64,000 nt of DNA, from the NCBI GenBank assembly GCA_028534125.1, contig CM052816.1:41790001-41854000 (forward strand), given 5' to 3'. The translations under genes were made by a program, and so were the position numbers. The DNA comes from Lama glama (lineage: Eukaryota). The stretch's first letter is position 1, and each line of letters opens with the position of its first letter. Shown here piece after piece: positions 36,590-49,560 of the stretch. The notes below the pieces were generated by a model. It worked only from the letters and a program-made list of their open reading frames with translations, ran no database searches and was not told the origin of the DNA.

Positions 36590-37660
36590 TATCTCCTGGG
36601 AATACTGTGAGTTAAAGGTAATTTATTGTAGTAGAAGTTATATAGAGCTTCTCTAAAAGCAGTTCAGTATTGCAGCTAGACAGAAAGCCAGAATAATTAA
36701 GATCCCAGTGGTCAAATACAGGACAATCTGAGCATCAAAAATTTTAAAAATGGTATTATTGTATTATATAATTATATTAAAAATAAAATTAATGAGTTTG
36801 TATTACTAATACATGAATTAAAATAATGGGGAAAGGAATAATCTTTACAGAAGATTAAGTTTTAAAAAAATCACATTTTCATAGTTGATTGAGGCAAAAA
36901 TCCTTGATAGACACTGAAATCATCTGGTGAAAATTTGTGGGGGCGGAAATTGATATAATGTCAAAGTTTTCCTCAATAGTATTACTTACTAATTACAAAG
37001 GGGAGGTGCTTTTACAGTGGAGAATTATGATTGACAAAAAGTGATCCAAGTTAACATCACCACTGATGGGATGTTGTAAACCCTGTGATGTGCCACCCAA
37101 ATGCCTGTTCAGGAGTGAAAGATGCATTCCCATGGCTAGAGGCTCCCAGCTGTCAGCTCTCTTTGGAAAAGAGTTGGCTGAAGAGGTCGTTCCACCAACA
37201 GCATACCCTCTTCCTGGCGTGGCCCTCAGCCAGTGACTCACTGAGCCAGGTGCCCAGCGCCTTGACCCAGTGCTGGACCATTCTAAGGGGCCATAACCAT
37301 TTCACATCTCCCACAGGATCAGCTTTTGTTGAGAGTGCATCACAGCCCAACTTCAGCTGTGCTGAATCCATCTTTCTTCCCTTCCTTTCCCCTCTGGTGA
37401 TCCTAGGAGCATTTCTTGGTAATATTCCTTCATGTTCGCCCCTCTATCAGGGTCTGCTTCTTGGGGAATCAAATATGTCGTATCAAACAGTGATCTCAGG
37501 TGCCTCTGGGTATGCTTCCCTCAGAAGAGCATACATGTATCAGTTATGTAACACTCCTGGCAAAAGGCAGAAACTGAATCTATTTATGAGGAAGTACTCA
37601 GCAATTCCAAAGTGAGGTTGTCTACAAGATGATTGGTCTGTCCTTTTCAAAAATGTTTAT
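36590..37660 (+). mobile_element. Old L1MC/L1ME 3' UTR (split by LTR16A)
   Basis: GGACAATCTGAGCATCAAAA, TTACTAATTACAAAGGG, AAGTGATCCAAGTTAACATCACCA; resumes at about 37485 with CTGAATCTATTTATGAGGAA. Confidence 0.7.
37072..37482 (+). mobile_element. ERVL solo LTR (LTR16A-like)
   Basis: CAGCTGTCAGCTCTCTT..GCTGAAGAG...GTTGAGAGTGCATCACAGCCCAACTTC...TCAGGGTCTGCTTCTTGGGGAATC; accounts for most of the 176-aa ORF. Confidence 0.85.
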
Positions 37661-38428
37661 TTCATTTATATTTTCTACTTTTTCTATACTGATCATTAAA
37701 TTACTAGACTGAAAAAAAAACAAAAAAAAAAGAGGAAAATGCCATTCCAATTAGTAGTGTAAATAGGAGGTAAAGTAAAGATAGGTAAGTTGTATGTTTA
37801 GGTTGCATACTACAAGATTCTTTCTTCTAAGGGATAGGTTCTTTTAGAAAATAATTGTACAGTCAGCTTGTATAAATGTCAAATTTTTAAGTATTGCTAG
37901 AGCAACTGAATAAGTAAACTGAAATTCTCTTTCTCAGAAACTTCAGACTTAAAAGAAATAAAAGGAACAAATTTTCCCCACTGTAAGAATAAAGTGGGAA
38001 ATGACATTTTTTTTTCCTGAGTGGTGAGAAATGGCAGGGGCATAATGAATGATGCGATGGAAAAGTAAGCTAGTAAAGTGGAAAGGGATAATGGTAATAA
38101 GGACCTGAAAAAATGAAGAATAAATGGGGAAATGAGAAACTAGGAATATTCCTCTTTCTGTAGTAGTATTATAGCTCAAATATAGTGAATGTGAAACTAT
38201 TACCCAGAACCAGCCTGATTATGAATCAAGGACAATGCTTGATGTTGGCCTCCAGGAAGCTGAATTATGTTCATGTTTCTATCTGATGAGGGGAAAAATC
38301 TGTATGAACTCAGATTCTATTCAGGATATGAAAACACACCCTTCCCTTTGTTATAACCAGAAAAAAATATACCTACTTCATGGAAAGAGACCAGACACCA
38401 GGTGTTCAAATTAGAGGTATTTGTGTGT

Positions 38429-38496
38429 GAGAGAGAGAGAAAGAGAGAGAGAGTCAGAGACACAGAAAGAGACAGAGAGAGACAGAGAGAGAGAGA
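38429..38496. repeat. (GA)n/(GACA) simple repeat
   Basis: Directly visible. Confidence 0.9.
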
Positions 38497-41400
38497 TGGT
38501 AATTTTGTTAAGAAGTATAATAGTCAGCTGACAGACACTTCAGGATTGCTGGGAAAACAAACCTCCTTAACAATTTTTTGACACAGAGATGTTTCTTAAA
38601 GCATAATTTGATCAAATAAATAAGTAGCAGGTTGAGAGTAAAGGCCTTTAAATGAGAAATTGACATAGGGATAGAGATTCATGTAGGATAAGAACAGTGT
38701 GAAACAATAGGGACTCGGCAGTATGGTGACAATGGAGAAGAATTATAATAAAAAACAGAAAATAAGAAATTTCTCATATCTCCTTAGGTACTTGCCTTCA
38801 CCATGACATTGTCTACTGTTTGGTGGCCCCATGCAGACCACAAACTGTAACATAGATATTTCTGATAATTGTCCCTTTCCAAAATGACAAATGAATAGTA
38901 ACTATTTGAACCAATTAGAACTTTTAAAAAATGATTTTTGAGAATGTGAATTCCATAGAAAGATACAGATAGACAAGGAAGGGTCAGAAGCCATGAGGCA
39001 CTAAAAACAGACCTAGGAGGAAGCTGGACCATGAAAACACAGATATGTCAGTGTTTTCTCTGGCTCTCTGGAGTTTCTATAGCATTCACAGTGCTGCTAC
39101 ATACAGCCTGATAATACCACTGTTGAGGCTGTTTGCTAAGACTTGTTACTTCCTCTGGTGTGCTTAATAATTAAACCCCATTGCTTGAGGAAAGCAGAGC
39201 ATGATTTTGTACAGGCAACTAAAAAGAACCTAACAAACTTAAAGATTTCTTTCACGTTTGATACTCCCTCAGTATTTGGCAGAAAGCTTGAAAATGATGT
39301 GGGCTGTTAATTATTACTCCCTTACAAAAGTAGAAATTTGAGCATTTTGACTCTTCACTAAACCCCCCCGTCCTCCCCAAGCAAACCCACGTACAAACCA
39401 AAGCCTCTATGTAGAGACGGAAGATGATTGTGGTGCTAGATTGACCTTTCTGTTGCATATGGCAACAGGGCAACTCCTTACTAACTTCTACGAGCAAATT
39501 CCTGGAAGTAGGCTGTAGCTTAATGATGTATAAAATGCCTAGTGATACCTCAATGTACCCTTTTCAGATTGTAACAATTTCAAGACCTTCTGTCTTTCAA
39601 TTCTTTGTCAACCAGCCTACAAATTTAACAGGATAATTGACTCTACTGAGGGCTCAGATTCATCCAGGACAAATGTGTGTAATAAAATGAATTGTTACTC
39701 TTAACACGAAATTCCTGGAAACTAATGGTTTATTTTCTAATCTACAAAACCATTCCAAACAAAATGTAACCCCCCCCCAAAAAAACCCTGTAAAAATTAA
39801 GAGCCACAAATTTATTAATCTCGGAAACACTTCTGCTCTGTGGGTATGTCTTACAGAGATGTTTCTCTTGATTTTTCACAGCCTTCATAGTGCTCCTCCT
39901 GGTATTTGTTAATTTGAAATTGGCTCATTATAGCTCTTCTTAGGTTATGCTATGAGGGAACAAGCTCAGTATGAATAATGGAGCATTTATAGGTTAATTG
40001 GGGCCATTTTCAATCACAGTGTTGCATTTTGAGAAGCGTTTCAATTTGCTGATGTAAAAATACAGAGGAAAAGGTGGAATAGCAAGAGTTTTCTTTCTTT
40101 CTGTTTTTCTTTCTTTTCCTTTCTTTTTTTTTTTTTTTGTTGTTTGTATTTAATACTTTTAAAGAAGGGCAAAGCAATGCCTAACATCATTGGGTAACAT
40201 CCCTCCTTATCCTCATTATTCCTTAAGCTGAGAAATTCTTTACATACAATATTGCCGGTAAATTGGATTATATTGCTTTTATGTAAAACTGACCACCACA
40301 AGTAGGTTTTCTTAGCCATGATTTAGTCTATTATTGTGTACTGAAGCATTTGGGAATACCTAAGATCTCATAGGCTTAAAGCAAAGTGAAGTAATTTAGG
40401 TCCAGGTGGTGAAAGTCAGTGAATCTTCATTTAGGTGACAGATTTGTTTCAAGTTAGTTATGGGCATATAGCTGCTGGGCATTTGGGAGAATTCATTGAT
40501 ATTGTTTGGTGTTTTCCATACTTGGTGTACAATCTCATTCCTCCACACTGGCAATTTTTATATTTTGTATTTTATTTCTGAATCAGAAAACATGGTTTTA
40601 AAGATGAAATAATCTTTTGATTGGTTTAAAGGTAAAAAGATACTATATTGGAGAACATGGGACTTAGCCTTTTTAGAGAGATTTATTTCATATCACTAAA
40701 AAGACTGTCTTTAGAGTACTGATGAGTTTTCCTCCAGACGGGAAGTTATTACCTTCTCACAGTCCTATGAACAATATTCACATAGGTAAAATTAATGGGA
40801 AAGAAACAGTCAAACAACAGCAAACCTTACAGCATACTTTTTCTTTAAAAACAGAAGACTCTATTTATAACTAGCGCCACATAGGCATTTTCCTTTGTGC
40901 TAATAAGAACAAAATTCACAGAACTAATAGAACAATACTAAGAACAGCAGAATAAAGACCTTAGGACCTCTACACTGAAGAGGAAATACTGCATAAATCT
41001 TCCAAAAGCGACTCTGTTTCTAAGGGAAAATAGATTGATTAGGGCATGACCTTTACCTCTATCTGGAACCCCTAAAGGGTCTTGGATATCAAGACACTGA
41101 TGCTGTGTTTAGGACCAGCATCTAGAGTTAAATGCATCTTTTTATAACCAGTAGGCATTCTGCTCCTTGACAACTGGCTTGTTGACAGGACTGAATTTGT
41201 GGGGTTTGTCTGGTGACTGTGTAAGACACAAGAGAGGAGAGATGTACTTTGAGAGGTTGCTCTGACCTGTCTAAGGCTCATTTTTTCTGCATCACTCACT
41301 TTTCCACAGTGAAGATCCTCACTGCCTTCAAAAGTCCTCGTCTACTGTCCTGCTATGACTTCAAGTACAGTGTCTTTAAAAATAAACTCGTCTTCTTCAG

Positions 41401-41914
41401 ATACACATATTCACACAAAACAGTCCTCATGAGTTAAGGGCAAAGAGGCCAGCATTGGAAAGCAGGGAAGACTTAAAATCTTTGGGTTATTTACTGTTCA
41501 CTCTTTTGAGACTCCGAGAGATTGTTACAAATGTCAAAAAGCTTCTAAAACAAGGGTGGCCACTATTTTGGAAATATAAGGGAAAAATAGAAATATTTAT
41601 AAGCTCCATTCATAAATGTCAAATGGAAGTAACCTTATATGAGTCTCAAGGATGAAGAGTGGAGTGTTGAGGAAAGGAGAGCTTTTTAAGCTTAGATTCC
41701 CCACCTTATTGAACAGGAGAATGCCAATGAGAAAACAAGTATGCTTTTCAAACAACTAAAATGTTAATGTCCAGGACATATTTGAGAAGGAACAACATGG
41801 GAACAGTTTTCTAGTCTTCCATTTCTCATGTTCACATGAAACTTTTGAGTAAAGAAAGTGCATTTATACATATTATTTTATTCTTGAAACAATGTCATAA
41901 TCTAGTGATTTTCA

Positions 41915-41990
41915 TGATGTTGAATTTACAGTTGGGGAAACTGAGGCTCAGAGACCTCAAGTGACTTGCCCAGCATCGTACAACCATTGA
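41915..41990 (-). mobile_element. MIR core fragment
   Basis: TTTACAGTTGGGGAAACTGAGGCTCAGAGA..AAGTGACTTGCCCAG. Confidence 0.85.
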
Positions 41991-44783
41991 GACGTTTCTG
42001 GGATCTTCTTATGTACTAGTCTCCATACAATGGAGTTACAGACATGACTGAGATGCAGGACTTTCCCCATGTGAACCTTCCTCCCAACTTGGGGTTTTCT
42101 TGTTGTATAATGGCTGGGATATAAATGCATATGTATGCATAATCTGAGATAATAAAAAAAATTGTTAATGCAAGGAGTGAGGTACTAACTGCCTGAGGCA
42201 AAGGCTGTAGGAGAAGTAGGAATTTCCCAGTGGAGCAGAGGAAAGCTGCAATTCAAAGCAGAGAAATTCATATATGCAAAAGACACTGATAAATGAGAGG
42301 AGTTTGCCAGGCTGAAAAAAAAATGGTCCAGGAGGATGAGGAGGAGATTGGGAGGACCAGAGGGATGAATCTGGAAAGGTGGGTAGGGACTGGACACTGA
42401 GGGTTCTTACACACCAAGCTCATTTTATAACCCAAATTACAAGAGCTTTGGGAGCACAGGTAATGATAAATACAAACTTAATTCTTGGAAAGTCCAGGCT
42501 TAGAATCCACACTTTAATTTGACTCATGGGTTCTGTAAAAACTAATTATATTTAATAGAAACCCCTTCACTTTTGATGTTGCCCTTGACTTCCAACTTCA
42601 GAGAGAAATCATTACATTCAGTCTAAGTCTTTGAACTAAAAGATGAGCTTGTCAAAGAGTTATATGCTTATTTGATTGGAAAATTTTTACACTTTATTTT
42701 ATTCAACATCAAGAATTCTCTATGGAAATATTCACTTCCAGTTGATCAGAAATCAGAGAAACAACGCAAAGCAAATTCAGTTGAAAGAACTAATTACAAA
42801 AATGTGCATTTTGGACTTTCTTTATAATCTTGTTAAATGAATCTCTGAATGTCATGTCAGGCAAAAGTCTGCAGTGTTGTTCATTCATCTGGCAGTTATG
42901 TGAACAGCAGCCAGTAGCTTGCTGCCACATTACCCATGTTCCAACTATCTTCCTTTCTAGAAGTTGTCTCTTACCCCTTGTCTTATAGGAACAAAGAATG
43001 TCAGAAAGAAGGAAAAAAGGAGAAAACTCAAGCAATTGCTTTTGCTTACTAAATTAATTCTACCACCCTGGTACTATCGGTTAAATCTTCTCTTGATTCT
43101 CTTTCCACTTCCACACCCCTTGTAGCACTGCTTTCCCTTTCTATTATACCAATTTATCATATTGCCTGCATCCCACCCACACCATGATTAAACTTTTATA
43201 TTTTGGGAACTCAGAGTTCATACTGTTATAGAAACAATAAAGTACTGCATACATGTGTAAGGTTTAACTCTTTTCTCTTCTGTAAACATCTGATTGTTGG
43301 AAGATGAAAAGAGATTTGTTATAAGTGAAATTGAGACTGGGCCACTCACGAACAGCATAAAAGGGATTAACAAATCCAAAAATTACAATGAGAAAGCACA
43401 GACTTCATTTTACTTAAGTAGAGAGATCCCAAATCCCATGCTGGAGGTATATATAATAATAGGTTACTTAATCTCCAAACTAGCTCTGTCCTCGATTTCT
43501 TTGGGTGCTGAGACCAACAATTACCACACAGAAAATATGCATCTATTGTGATGTGAGATGTTCAGCAGGGAGTCAAAAAAGCAGCCACTTTCTCTCTACT
43601 GAAATACACTCGGAGAAAACACAGTCCTGGGCTTTGTTCCATAAGTAGATTAAGAATTTAATGTAATTTCCTAAGTGAGAAGTCCTCAGGTGCCTTCTCA
43701 ATGCCCTTATGTCTTTCTGGTTTAAATTGAACAGGATATGTATTTATGAGTGAAGAAAAACTGAAAATGGCCTGCAAGATGAATTGGGGAATAGAAAAAT
43801 CAAACAAAAACAATAGCAATGCAATTGTTCAAACACATGCCTAGGTAAAGTCCCTGCTTAACTGACACTCATACTGCCTTTTGAAAGTTGATAGACATCA
43901 GATCACATGTCAAGAAGATAATTAATTTGTAGTATTGAAAAACAGCTCTGCATTACTCTTTAAAGTCTGGTTTTATGAATTCCAAGTTTTTCACTTCATG
44001 AATTGTACCTGTTTTCTTGCCGCCTCCACTTTCTGGCTGGGCAGGCAGATTTCAGCTCTGTCCTCACTAGAAATGCCAGATTATAGTGCTATGGCAACCA
44101 GTGCTGTTGTTGGATCCTTCCAAGGATGCCACCCCCACAAACTCTTCTAACCCATGACTGTTTCTCATAATTTTCTGCTCCTCCAAAGGGCAGGGCAGAT
44201 GGCCCAGGCTCCGGAGCACACAATGCTGACAGTTGCACTAGGTCTGATGCTGTCACAACGACCCACTCCAGAAGCCTACAGGTATTTTGGCCTTAGATAC
44301 TAATATCTATTCTGTACTTAAGAATGGAAGTTTGTAAACTTGTGCTATTTTATTTTTTCCATCAGTTACTCCTATACATTTTACAAATGGTTTGTATCAA
44401 AAACATTTCCAAAGTGACACATTACTAGCACTGCTACTTAAATATAAACTGTTTTCTCATCTTGGCTCCTCAAGGTACAAATTTCTTAGGGTTGATCGAT
44501 CTCAAGTTCTTTGTTCCTTGACAACAATTAAACATGCAGACACACACACACACCAAAATAAGAAAACAAAACACTTTCTGAAAAGAAAAGGAAGAGATTC
44601 ACCTTTAAATACATCTGGGGTTTCACCAACACCTTGCAGTTGGAATTCCAGTGTTACCTCTGCTTTCTTCTCATTTAGAAGCTCCATTCCATCCACTTAT
44701 TTTTGTGAATGAAAAAGTGATTCATATTTTGGCTTGTTTAAACTTGAATTCTTAGTTTGGAGGCCTGCTAGATACAACTTTCG

Positions 44784-44917
44784 CATTCATTCACTTATGT
44801 ATAAGATAAATATTTCCTAAATGCCTATATGTCAGGCACTCTCCAGGCACTGAGGGTACATCCATGTACAATACCGACAAAAATTTCTTCTCTCACGTAC
44901 TTATATTCTGGAGGGAA
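44784..44917 (-). mobile_element. L2 3' end
   Basis: CATTCATTCA tail, AATGCCTATATGTCAGGCACT..AGGCACTGAGGGTACA. Confidence 0.75.
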
Positions 44918-44949
44918 GCTGTAGAGACGTCTAAAAGCTTGATTACTTT

Positions 44950-45080
44950 TAGTGATCAGGAGAACTGGGTTCCAGTGTTGATACTTACACTAGATTATTA
45001 AGTGGCTTTGGCCTAATCCCAAGCTTCTGTGGATCTCATTTTTCTGTTTGCAATATGACAGTCAAACAGGATGAAGTAGT
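44950..45080 (+). mobile_element. MIR/MIR3 fragment
   Basis: TCAGGAGAACTGGGTTCCAGT...CTTCTGTGGATCTCATTTTTCT. Confidence 0.55.
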
Positions 45081-45209
45081 TCTGTAGGCTGATTGCAAAT
45101 ATGTTTTTTTTTTTAACACTGGTATCCTAATAATGCATATGGTAGCACTAGGCATCTTTAGCTTAAAAGAATACTTGAGATTTGTAAATCTAGTAGTTTT
45201 TTCTGTAGT

Positions 45210-45740
45210 CGTTTATTCATTCCTGCATTTAGTAAATGTGTAATGTGTATCTTCTATGTGTGCAGAAACTATGCTTGATGAGTCTGGGATATACAGCTGA
45301 ATGAGGCAAGTCTCTCTCCTCATGCGCTGGCTGAAGTCATTAAAGTAACTAGCACAATTCCAGTGGGATAAATGCTGTACTTACTAACAGTCTGAAGAAG
45401 ATACAGTGGGAGAAAGGCCAGAGTACAGTTGATTCTGCCCATGAGATTTAGCTAAATTTTGCAATAGAGGTGATACTTATCTTGGGTCACCAGGGGTTAG
45501 AAAGATAGAACAGAAAGTGACTTTCCAGAAGAAAGACCAGTGAGCATAATGATACAAAGATGAGACAGAGCATTGTGCTATGGGGTAAAGGAAAAAGAGT
45601 TCAGGGGTCAGCATCCAAGGTGAATGGGGAGATCAGAAAGGAGAACAAATTGAGATTAGGTAGTGAAGATCCTTGTATGGTTCATTAGTAAAATTTAGCT
45701 TTTATTATTAAGACAAGGACCTTGAATTGAAGGTTTATCT
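45210..45740 (-). mobile_element. L2 fragment
   Basis: TTTATTCATTC tail, GGGATATACAGCTGAATGAGGCAAGTC, TTCCAGAAGAAAGACCAG..CAAAGATGAGA. Confidence 0.65.
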
Positions 45741-47787
45741 GGGTCTAGATCAATGGCATTAATTTGTCTGATGAGTTTGTTTTCAATGCTAGCTGCAACG
45801 AAGAATACTTGAGTATTCTAAATAGGCTGTATTTTTTGTTCATACAAAAATATATCATGAAGGATCAGAGGGAAGGCAAATCTACCTATTTATATGCATA
45901 ATCAGTTAACTAATAAAAATGAATTAGATAAGATATAAGCAATAAATGAATTTATTTTTCTTTACTATATCAGCTTTTAAAAATATATGTATGTATTTTT
46001 AAATTCCCTATCGCTTCCCTTGAAAACTTGGGATCCCTGCAGGTGTCAAACCTTTCAGCCACATTCGGCTTTAAGGACAGTCCCATTTTGATCATTAAGG
46101 CCACTTTTAAAGTAATAAAAGTCTGTTTTAATCTTACTTAAAACTTCAATCCCCATTCCAACTTAAAAACATTTTATCTTATGCCCATAAAACCTTATCC
46201 ATGAATTGGGAAACTTCATGGGGAAGGGAGTTAATTCTGTATTTCACTCTTTGTTTTAATGTGTCTTGGATTCTTCAGGGTTTTAGCAATGGGAGGAGGA
46301 ATTAGTGGAAACATGTAGTAGTCATTCGCTAAGCTGCTCTTAGACTTTTCTTTTCACCCCATGTCCTCTATGAGGCTGATGTTAAGTGTCTGAGTCTCCT
46401 ATGGACCCAGATATGCATTCTTCAGAGCCCCTACATGGACCACCCTCTGCAGTCTTCTAACATGGGTAATGTGCTCTCAGTGAGATAGTTTGTCCCCACT
46501 CAGTATCCCACTGCTGGCTACCTTCCCTTAGAAGATTTCCTTCTTGGGGGTGGGGTAGGGTGGGGAATACCTTCAAAATGGCCAAATTTTATTATTTTTT
46601 GTGGCATCCATTTTTCTTTATGAAACTTGTGCATCTTTACCACACCAAGGACACTTGTCCCCTTTCTCCCTGCTCTGTAATCGTGGGGTGATCCAGGTAT
46701 TCTCCAGAATTCAGAATTATTCATGCAAGAAATGAAATATGGTCTCTTGCTTCAAATATACCCCCAAATTCTGGAGGAAACATGACAATTTCTCATTCAC
46801 TGTTCTGGAGAAGGCCCCATGTTGAAACTAGTGATTGTCACAGTTGAGCAAATGTCCACTGGGTGGAACTGAGTCACCAGTATATTTTTACTGGCACATC
46901 CAAAATCTGTAGTGTTTTTTCTTTAAGGCTCCCCTTTTACCTGGTGGAAATATGGGTGTGAGAAGCAACAAGTCCACAACAAGCTGAGGGAGAAAGTCAC
47001 AACCCTTCTTTTCAAATCATTCCCTGGATGGAAGTGAAGGTGGAAGGACTAGTTCTACTATCTCAAAGCAATTGGCTGAAGACATGGGGAGTATCTGGCA
47101 GCTTTCTAGAGTCTTCTTTCAGAAAATGGAAGTATCTTTTATTGTCCTCATTTTTGATTAAAATTGTGAGGAACAAGGAAAAAGTCCCATTTTACATTCT
47201 GTGACAAATGCTATTTGTATTTTCTTAGTGTATTTTTTTTCTTAGTATTACATAATGTTCACCTTGACAATTATAGCCTTTCTTCCTGGGGTTATGGGAG
47301 CTAACAAAAGGCTAGATTTTTAATAAGTGGAGAAATATCTTGCTGGGAGCCAACAGTGATAAATGCAATATTATTCAAAGTGAAATCTCAAAAGGAACGG
47401 GCCACTCCAAGGTGTTAGACTGAGCTACATTTGCAACATTTTACACCCTTTTCCATTTAGAGAGTTGTGCCCCGAGCTTTTCTACTTGAGTATCTTTACC
47501 ATACCAAGGATGGATCCCATTTTATTAAAAGAGATTTTCCCCTGGAAAACACTCCCTTATAATGCCAGTCAAGTAATTTCCATACTATATATCTTAAAAC
47601 CATATTTGCTATAATAAAAACCAGGTCCATCCTAGGATTCGTATGGAATCCAAATATTGAAAAGCATGAGTTAATCCCTTCTGATAATGACTTTTTACAT
47701 TCTGATATCAATTAAGGAATATGGTAGCAGTTTGAACACTCAGCAATCTGTAAATTAGCTGGTGATAAAGACATGATTTAAAAAACA

Positions 47788-47874
47788 ATTTTTTTAATGG
47801 AGTTCAATGGGAATTGAACCCAGGAACTTCTGAATGCTAAGCATGTACTCTACCACTGAGCTATACCCACCCCC
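47788..47874 (-). mobile_element. Camelid tRNA-derived SINE (short form)
   Basis: Reverse complement reads GGGGTGGGTATAGCTCAGTGGTAGAGTACATGCTTAGCA...CCTGGGTTCAATTCCC...CCATTAAAAAAA. Possible degenerate TSD AAAG(A)CATG(A/G)TT. Confidence 0.9.
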
Positions 47875-48660
47875 AAAGCATGGTTAACAGTGATGTTTTG
47901 TTCAGCTGACAACTTTGATTCAGAGAGTTCTGTTTCATTGTCTTCCTGATGCATTTATTGGGCCACTGATAAGACTGTCTCTCTCTCTAGCTAGTTTCTG
48001 AGTGTCTGTGAGGTAGAACAACATCTGTGGATTTGTGATAAGGGCAGCAGGACCCAATGAAGAAGACAAGGAGAGGGCTAAGAGAGTAAGTGCAGTTGAA
48101 GTTAACAATTCAAATAGACTTTTAATTTTATAAATGAATTTTGGAAACTATTTGACATCTTATATGTTGAATTTACATGCGAAAAGATAAAGGATTAGGG
48201 GATGAGGTTGGGGTTGAGCTCCTGCTACAGCCACACTTCTCTGTTCAGAGAGTCATGTTAGGGAGTTCTTTCCTTGAAGGCTTCAATATTGTAATGGACT
48301 ATAAGTGATCACATTTATATGGGAAAGTAAACTAGAGGCATAATGCACATTGCAGTGCCAGATGTGCATGGAAATCAGTTTGTTTATACCAATAGTTAAA
48401 CATGGAAACACTAGGAGTTGTATGTATTTGTTTGCCCTGGGCTTTACTGAGGTTCTGGCTCAACTCTTTTGTTGTGGCTAATACTCATCTTACTTACAGC
48501 ATTTACCCAAATGGAAGGTTCTTTTCAGTATAAGTTCCTTAATTCATAAATGATGTGTACCAGATGTGGCTTGATTCTAAAGGAGTGAATTAGGCCTTGT
48601 GTCTTAGTTAGGAATCTATTTATCTCCTTTTCTTCCTTTCTTCTCTTTCTTATTCCCTAT

Positions 48661-48830
48661 GGCAGCTTAGTGTGCTTGAAAGAGTAGAGGTTTGGAAGAT
48701 GAATAGGGCTGCATTATAATTTTTACGTTGCTCTTTCATTTTTTTTTTGTCATATTAAGTAAGTTACAGTACCTCTCTGAGTCCCAGAATCCTCATCTGT
48801 AGAATAGGAAATATTAATTTAGCTTTTGTG
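48661..48830 (+). mobile_element. MIR
   Basis: GTAAGTTACAGTACCTCTCTGAGTCCCAGAATCCTCATCTGTAGAATAGGAAT core. Confidence 0.75.
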
Positions 48831-48845
48831 GTCTGTGAACATACA

Positions 48846-49020
48846 TATCATTTAAACCTCACAGAAATTTTGAGGTCAGTGTTACTATTATTTTCATTTT
48901 ATGAAGGAGAAAACAGGGGCTAATGGACTTAAGAAGCTTTTCGCACAACTTGTATGTGAAAGAACTCTTACTTGAATTCATGTCTGTCTCTCTCTAAAAC
49001 CCTTGCCTCAACTATGCTTT
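48846..49020 (-). mobile_element. MIR
   Basis: CATTTAAACCTCACAG..TGAGGT..TATTATTTTCATTTTATGAAGGAGAAAACAG..TTGAATTCATGTCTGTCT. Confidence 0.7.
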
Positions 49021-49099
49021 ACAGCCTGAATACCTCTTTTTAAGAAGAAAATTAACTTTGATGTAATACATCCTTGATGAAATTATTTAAGAGAGGATA

Positions 49100-49560
49100 G
49101 TTTAGTTAGGGCTTCTTTTGTGGAAAGTGATTGAAACCCAATTCAAACCATATAAAACAAATAGAAGAATTATCAGATAATGAATGGGGTAGCCTCAGGG
49201 CCATTTACCTGCTGGTCTTTGGTCAAGAGACCTCAATGAAACTAGTACTTACTATCAATTCCTTATCTTTGCTGGTCTCCAGGCTAAGGCTTTTTGAAGG
49301 ATTTTCCACATGTGAGGAAAAAGACTTCCAAGTATCTCTGGGGATATGTCTTTATAACCTCTGATAGAGAAGAGTGCTTTCCAAGAAGTTTCAGCCAGAT
49401 AAACCCAAGGGAGAACTCTAAGTGGCCTGCCATAGATCACATGACAGTTCTTGTCCGATCACTGGGGCCAAGGCCCTCTGTTTACCAAGGTTTCACCAAG
49501 GCTGGGCCATTTGCTTACTATGGCCAGGAATATGGATTCTATTTTCAGAAGGAGGAAGGA
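49100..49560 (-). mobile_element. Old MaLR LTR (MLT1J/K/L-like)
   Basis: TTAGTTAGGG..GAAACCCAATTCAAACCA ... GATCACATGAC..CGATCACTGGGGCCAAGG; degenerate. Confidence 0.55.
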
